Assembly: GCA_029564175.1 (NCBI GenBank)
Contig: JAKQQL010000118.1
Coordinates: 1-10,226 of the forward strand
DNA: 10,226 nt
Reading direction: 5' to 3'
Source: Candidatus Cloacimonadota bacterium
GTDB lineage: Bacteria > Cloacimonadota > Cloacimonadia > Cloacimonadales > WRIO01
The notes beneath the pieces are model-generated. The model was not told the DNA's origin. It made no database searches and was given only the letters and a program-made list of their open reading frames with translations. Both the position numbers and the translations under genes were made by a program. Positions within the stretch are counted from its first letter, which is position 1. Each line of letters opens with the position of its first letter. Positions 6,588-10,226 of this stretch are shown in pieces.

Positions 6588-6611
6588 AAGTCCTCCAAAT
6601 CAAGTAAATCG

Positions 6612-6649
6612 TTTAAAAGAAAATACTACAGGCAAGCTACCTGTAGTAT
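6612..6649 (-). terminator. Intrinsic terminator downstream of the Cache gene, upstream of tag
   Basis: 10-bp perfect stem 6623-6632 / 6640-6649 (ATACTACAGG / CCTGTAGTAT), followed on the minus strand by TTTCTTTT. Confidence 0.75.
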
Positions 6650-6680
6650 AATCATCATAGCAAAAGGCTTACCAATTTCA

Positions 6681-8180
6681 TTATTTTTCAATATGAGTCA
6701 GAACAACCCGCCATTCTTTGTTATGAATTTTGATTGTATCCCAAACTGCTGATTTACGAACAATTTCTTCACTTCCTGCTTTTTTGAAAGAATATTCACC
6801 ACTACCCTGATTAAAAGAAAGAATGTTTTTTCCTAAAGATAAGAGACTTTCATAAGGTGCATACAATGGATCTGTGAATAACATTTTACCAATTTCAGCG
6901 TGATCCTGATCATAAATAATCATACCATCCATTTGCATAATCCAGAGCTCATACTCTTCTGTAAAATTCATGTTGTTGATTAAAGGTTCAATCAAAAGTT
7001 CAGGTCGGAGTAGTACATTAAAAGCGCCAGCATACTTGTTTTTAACAAAAACAGGATGACTGATAACGAAACCCCAGTAATCTTCTACCGTTTTAAAAGT
7101 ATTGGTAAAATAAGGTTTGGGATCAGTTTTCATTGCTTTTATATGTTCTTGAGTGCTAATATCAGTCCCTTCAAAATTTTGATAATCAACAGGTTCAATC
7201 AGTTTCATTTTCCCTTTGGTATCAGTATAAATTGCATTGACTGTATAAGGATTTTCTTTTAAGAAGGCACTTAGCATATTTCTGATATTATCCTGATTTT
7301 TAGGGTCAGGTTTATCATTCTGAATATGTAAGGCGATAGACTGGTCTATTGATTTTAAGACAGAATCCAGTTCAGGCAGAAAATTATGAAGCGATACATT
7401 AAGTAAAGGTTTTACACTAATTTGTTCAGGGTCTTTTTTGGCAAGAATCATCCACCAATTATAGTTTTTTATTTTTGTATATAAAGCTTCTCTTTGAATA
7501 CCATCAATTTCGTATAAAACAGCCCCTTTATCTTTAGTGAAGATTTGGCTGAACTCGCTTTTCATCGAATCACTACCCTGAGTTAAAACATTCATAAAGA
7601 TATAATCATGTTCTTTATCAAGCAGTGTATTCCCATCAGAACGAATAACAAACCATGTAAAATGCTCATTTAAATTCATTAAATCAGTGATTTCATCCGC
7701 TAATTGATCGAGATAGACAGAGATACCGATTGCCCCGCTAATTTTCTCTTTTGTATAAACAGGCGTTGCCAGAACGATTGATTTTTTGCCAGAAGAACGA
7801 CTGTAAACAGGAAACCCTTTAATCTGATTGCCTGAGAAAAGCGGATTAAAATAATCTCTTGTTTTTAAATTGAGATTGGTAAAGTCTCTGTCCACGGTGT
7901 AGTAATTCCCGTTTACTAATACATAGAAATAAACGCCAGGGAGATTTTTCTGAAGCGGTTTTAAATACTTTTTAATTCCTTCCCAGTCTCCTTTTTTCGC
8001 TTCAGGCGTTTCAGCAATGATTTGAATGGCAGTCAGTGCGTTATTGATTTGTTTGTCAATATGTCCTGCTCCGAGATTTAATACGCTTTCGGCATCCAAT
8101 AGAATGGGTTCTGCAGGTATGTATTCTGCAAACAATGAGAAACTGGTTGCAAGCACTAGTATTAAAAAAATAATTCTCAT
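6681..8180 (-). CDS. Exported stand-alone tandem Cache (dCache-like) domain protein (499 aa)
   Basis: Start 8180 behind GGAGGT. Signal peptide ending SLFA. Cache motifs NLKTRDYF..VYSRSSGKKSIVLATPV and DISTQEHI..VISHPV..G.IIYD..IGK..W.VV. No second TM helix or output domain. Confidence 0.75.
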   Translation of the reverse strand: MRIIFLILVLATSFSLFAEYIPAEPILLDAESVLNLGAGHIDKQINNALTAIQIIAETPEAKKGDWEGIKKYLKPLQKNLPGVYFYVLVNGNYYTVDRDFTNLNLKTRDYFNPLFSGNQIKGFPVYSRSSGKKSIVLATPVYTKEKISGAIGISVYLDQLADEITDLMNLNEHFTWFVIRSDGNTLLDKEHDYIFMNVLTQGSDSMKSEFSQIFTKDKGAVLYEIDGIQREALYTKIKNYNWWMILAKKDPEQISVKPLLNVSLHNFLPELDSVLKSIDQSIALHIQNDKPDPKNQDNIRNMLSAFLKENPYTVNAIYTDTKGKMKLIEPVDYQNFEGTDISTQEHIKAMKTDPKPYFTNTFKTVEDYWGFVISHPVFVKNKYAGAFNVLLRPELLIEPLINNMNFTEEYELWIMQMDGMIIYDQDHAEIGKMLFTDPLYAPYESLLSLGKNILSFNQGSGEYSFKKAGSEEIVRKSAVWDTIKIHNKEWRVVLTHIEK

Positions 8181-8204
8181 AATAACCTCCAATATCCTTG
8201 TAAT

Positions 8205-8819
8205 TTATAAGCTGTCTGATTTGACAATCCGGTAACGGATAATGGTCATATATTTTTCCGGATTACCTTTACCAAACATTCCCGGACCTTTTAAATACTC
8301 TTCTTCATGTTCACCGATTATTTGATAACCTTCAGTTTGAATAAAAGCTTTTAATCTGTCCACAGTTTGTTTTTCTGTATCATAAGGACCTGTATGAAGT
8401 ATTTCTGCTACTTTCCCATACTCCCATTTTTGTAGGTATATTTTCAGATGATTTGGATTTTTAACTGTCTTCATATTTTGCAAACTATCTGGAACCGGTA
8501 ATGCAAAATATCCTACCCATTGATCTTTGGGAGTGTTTATATCATGTGGCCATCTGGCACGAACGGCTGGGAGTTTAAAACTCTTTTTAATTCCATCCTG
8601 ATTAAACCATGCTTTAATCAGTAGTCCGATTGCTTTTCCTGCGGTAGTAGAAGCTTCGCCTTTTGCTTCAACTACGAGCATATTCTGATTGTTTTTTTCA
8701 GAGATTTGGGGTGTTTTTAAGTATTCATATAGTTTGGGGTTTGGTCCTTTAGGCATCAGCATAAAAGCACCAGCAACAATAATTAAAATTGTCAGGATGG
8801 CGAGCACGACTATTTTCAT
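8205..8819 (-). CDS. GyrI-like small-molecule-binding domain protein with an N-terminal membrane anchor/signal
   Basis: HTGPYDTE...L..FI...GY...G.HEEEYL...PEKY.TIIRY motif. N-terminal hydrophobic helix. SD AGGAGGA. Confidence 0.85.
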   Translation of the reverse strand: MKIVVLAILTILIIVAGAFMLMPKGPNPKLYEYLKTPQISEKNNQNMLVVEAKGEASTTAGKAIGLLIKAWFNQDGIKKSFKLPAVRARWPHDINTPKDQWVGYFALPVPDSLQNMKTVKNPNHLKIYLQKWEYGKVAEILHTGPYDTEKQTVDRLKAFIQTEGYQIIGEHEEEYLKGPGMFGKGNPEKYMTIIRYRIVKSDSL

Positions 8820-8846
8820 TATTCCTCCTTTATTAATTTGTTAAAA

Positions 8847-8875
8847 ATTATAGGCTTTTTTAGATAGCTTGTCAA
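8847..8875 (-). promoter_or_regulatory. Perfect consensus sigma70 promoter for the GyrI-like/Cache operon
   Basis: Minus strand TTGACA (8875-8870) - N17 - TATAAT (8852-8847). Confidence 0.85.
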
Positions 8876-9010
8876 ACTAAATTTTTTATTTATTCATATT
8901 CACTTCTACAGGTCTTGATGAAAATGCAAACTTTCAAAGTGCTGAACAGAATATAGTGTTGCAAAGAATCCTTTGTCATAGAATATCTGACATAAAAACA
9001 GAAAAAAAGA

Positions 9011-9038
9011 TTGACGTATTTTAACTCTGTATTATTAT
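9011..9038 (+). promoter_or_regulatory. Putative sigma70 promoter for the esterase gene
   Basis: TTGACG (9011-9016) - N16 - TATTAT (9033-9038), upstream of SD GGAGG (9056-9060). Confidence 0.55.
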
Positions 9039-9065
9039 CAGATCAATATGAATTTGGAGGAAAAT

Positions 9066-10106
9066 ATGAAAGCTGAAAAATTTCTAAAAACGGTGTTGTT
9101 AGTGATGATCTTAGCTTTTGCTAACTTATTGATGGCTTTTACAGATACTCAGGTTGATTCTCTGTTGAACAGAAATGTGGATAAGCAATTACAGCAAGCT
9201 ACTGATTTGTATGGTAAAGGACAATATGAAGATGCCCTTCTGTTATACATTCAGTACTGGCAAAATAATTATGATGATAACAATACGCTTTACAATATCG
9301 CTTGTCTTTATGGGCTTCTAAACAAAGGAGAGATGGCTGGAAAATTTCTTCAGGAAGCTTTCAATAAAGGTTTTTCTGACATAGATCATACCAAAAATGA
9401 CAAAGATTTTGATTTAGTCAAAAATGATCCGGTTTTTATTAAATACTGGACAAAACTGCAAGAAGATACAAACAAACTGAATCGCATACATGGTGAAATC
9501 TCGTATATCAAAGCAGATGTTAAAATTCGTTACAGAACGGTTTTACCTGATAATTATGACCCAAAGAAATCTTATAAGATACTCATTGGACTACATGGTT
9601 TTAGTGGCAATCATTATCGTTTTGCAGAATTTTCAAGATTTCTTAAAAATAATGATATTATCTTTGTTACGCCTCAGGCACCTTATCCAATGGAATTTAC
9701 CATGGGTAAGACGACCTCTTTCAGCTGGACAGTTTCGGATGTTGAAGAATTGCCTGGTAAAGATCACAGCGGAGATTTGTCTGCTCAGTATATTCTCAGC
9801 CTTAACAAAGAACTCAGAAAGAAGTATAATCCGGAAGGCATTTATTTATCCGGATTTTCACAGGGTGGTTTCATGACACTTGCCATTGGACTGATCAACT
9901 ATAAAGAGTTTGATGGCTTAATTTCATTTGGCGGTGGTTTAACTGACGGTTGGGTAAACGATAAGGTCATCAAAAAAGCAAAATCAATCCCTGTTTTAAT
10001 CGTTCATGGAATAAATGATAAAGCAGTAGATTACAAAAAAGCTACAATGGCAAATGAAGTGCTAAAAAAAGCGGGTTATGATGTAACTCATCTTTCCGAC
10101 ATGTAA
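9066..10106 (+). CDS. Exported TPR + alpha/beta-hydrolase (phospholipase/carboxylesterase-like), probably 3'-truncated
   Basis: Start 9066 behind GGAGG. Signal peptide. TPR-like YNIACLYGL..A...L..A...GF. LHGF oxyanion loop, GFSQG nucleophile elbow, HGINDKAV acid. The expected downstream catalytic (G)H motif is absent. Confidence 0.8.
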   Translation: MKAEKFLKTVLLVMILAFANLLMAFTDTQVDSLLNRNVDKQLQQATDLYGKGQYEDALLLYIQYWQNNYDDNNTLYNIACLYGLLNKGEMAGKFLQEAFNKGFSDIDHTKNDKDFDLVKNDPVFIKYWTKLQEDTNKLNRIHGEISYIKADVKIRYRTVLPDNYDPKKSYKILIGLHGFSGNHYRFAEFSRFLKNNDIIFVTPQAPYPMEFTMGKTTSFSWTVSDVEELPGKDHSGDLSAQYILSLNKELRKKYNPEGIYLSGFSQGGFMTLAIGLINYKEFDGLISFGGGLTDGWVNDKVIKKAKSIPVLIVHGINDKAVDYKKATMANEVLKKAGYDVTHLSDM

Positions 10107-10226
10107 GTCCTTGATAAATTTATTTAAAAACAGACACACTATCATGATAACTTTCATATTTTAAGTATGTTATGAAATTTCTTTATTTTGGTACAATTCT
10201 GCTTCAACGATTTTATCTTCATACCA
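10087..10226. mobile_element. Possible end of an inserted element (IS-like) interrupting the esterase
   Basis: The esterase pattern stops after AGYDVT. An exact IHF consensus WATCAANNNNTTR (TATCAAGGACTTA) lies on the minus strand at 10104-10116, and the window ends soon after. No transposase motif is securely seen. Confidence 0.3.

Noticed and set aside
7056..8235. Plus-strand ORFs 7056-7262 and 8026-8235
   Set aside because: Antisense shadows of the Cache and GyrI-like genes.
9490..9876. 128-aa alternative-frame ORF
   Set aside because: Nested in the esterase catalytic domain; no SD or recognisable motif.
1..10226. Whole window as a composite transposon
   Set aside because: The two putative element ends share no evident sequence; independent insertions or assembly breaks are more parsimonious.
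10155..10226. Short minus-strand open frames entering from the right edge (e.g. GMKIKSLKQNCTKIKKFHNILKI*)
   Set aside because: Too short to assign; could be a transposase tail but no diagnostic motif is visible.

Overview
AT-rich bacterial window, apparently bounded by mobile-element ends. Strong Shine-Dalgarno sites, sigma70-type promoters and a T9SS/FlgD-Ig-type C-terminal domain suggest a non-Bacteroidota FCB-like lineage such as Cloacimonadota (inference). It opens with the 3' end and right IR of an IS4 (IS50/Tn5-like) element followed by three different REP-like palindromes. Next is a + strand operon: a DUF4405-type two-His membrane protein, an exported superoxide-reductase-like protein with a predicted mature N-terminal His, a DUF5777-like beta-barrel whose SD-linked start is out of frame across an A9 tract, and a lipoprotein with three DOMON domains. 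A secreted DOMON-CTD paralogue converges on this operon. All four DOMON domains keep the Met/His heme-b ligand pair. The best candidate for a new system is therefore a c-type-cytochrome-free, heme-b trans-envelope redox conduit. The rest holds a nucleotidyltransferase + HD hydrolase pair, tag, an output-less tandem Cache protein, a membrane-anchored GyrI-like protein, and a TPR-esterase apparently truncated before its catalytic His. All family calls come from motif recognition, not database searches.
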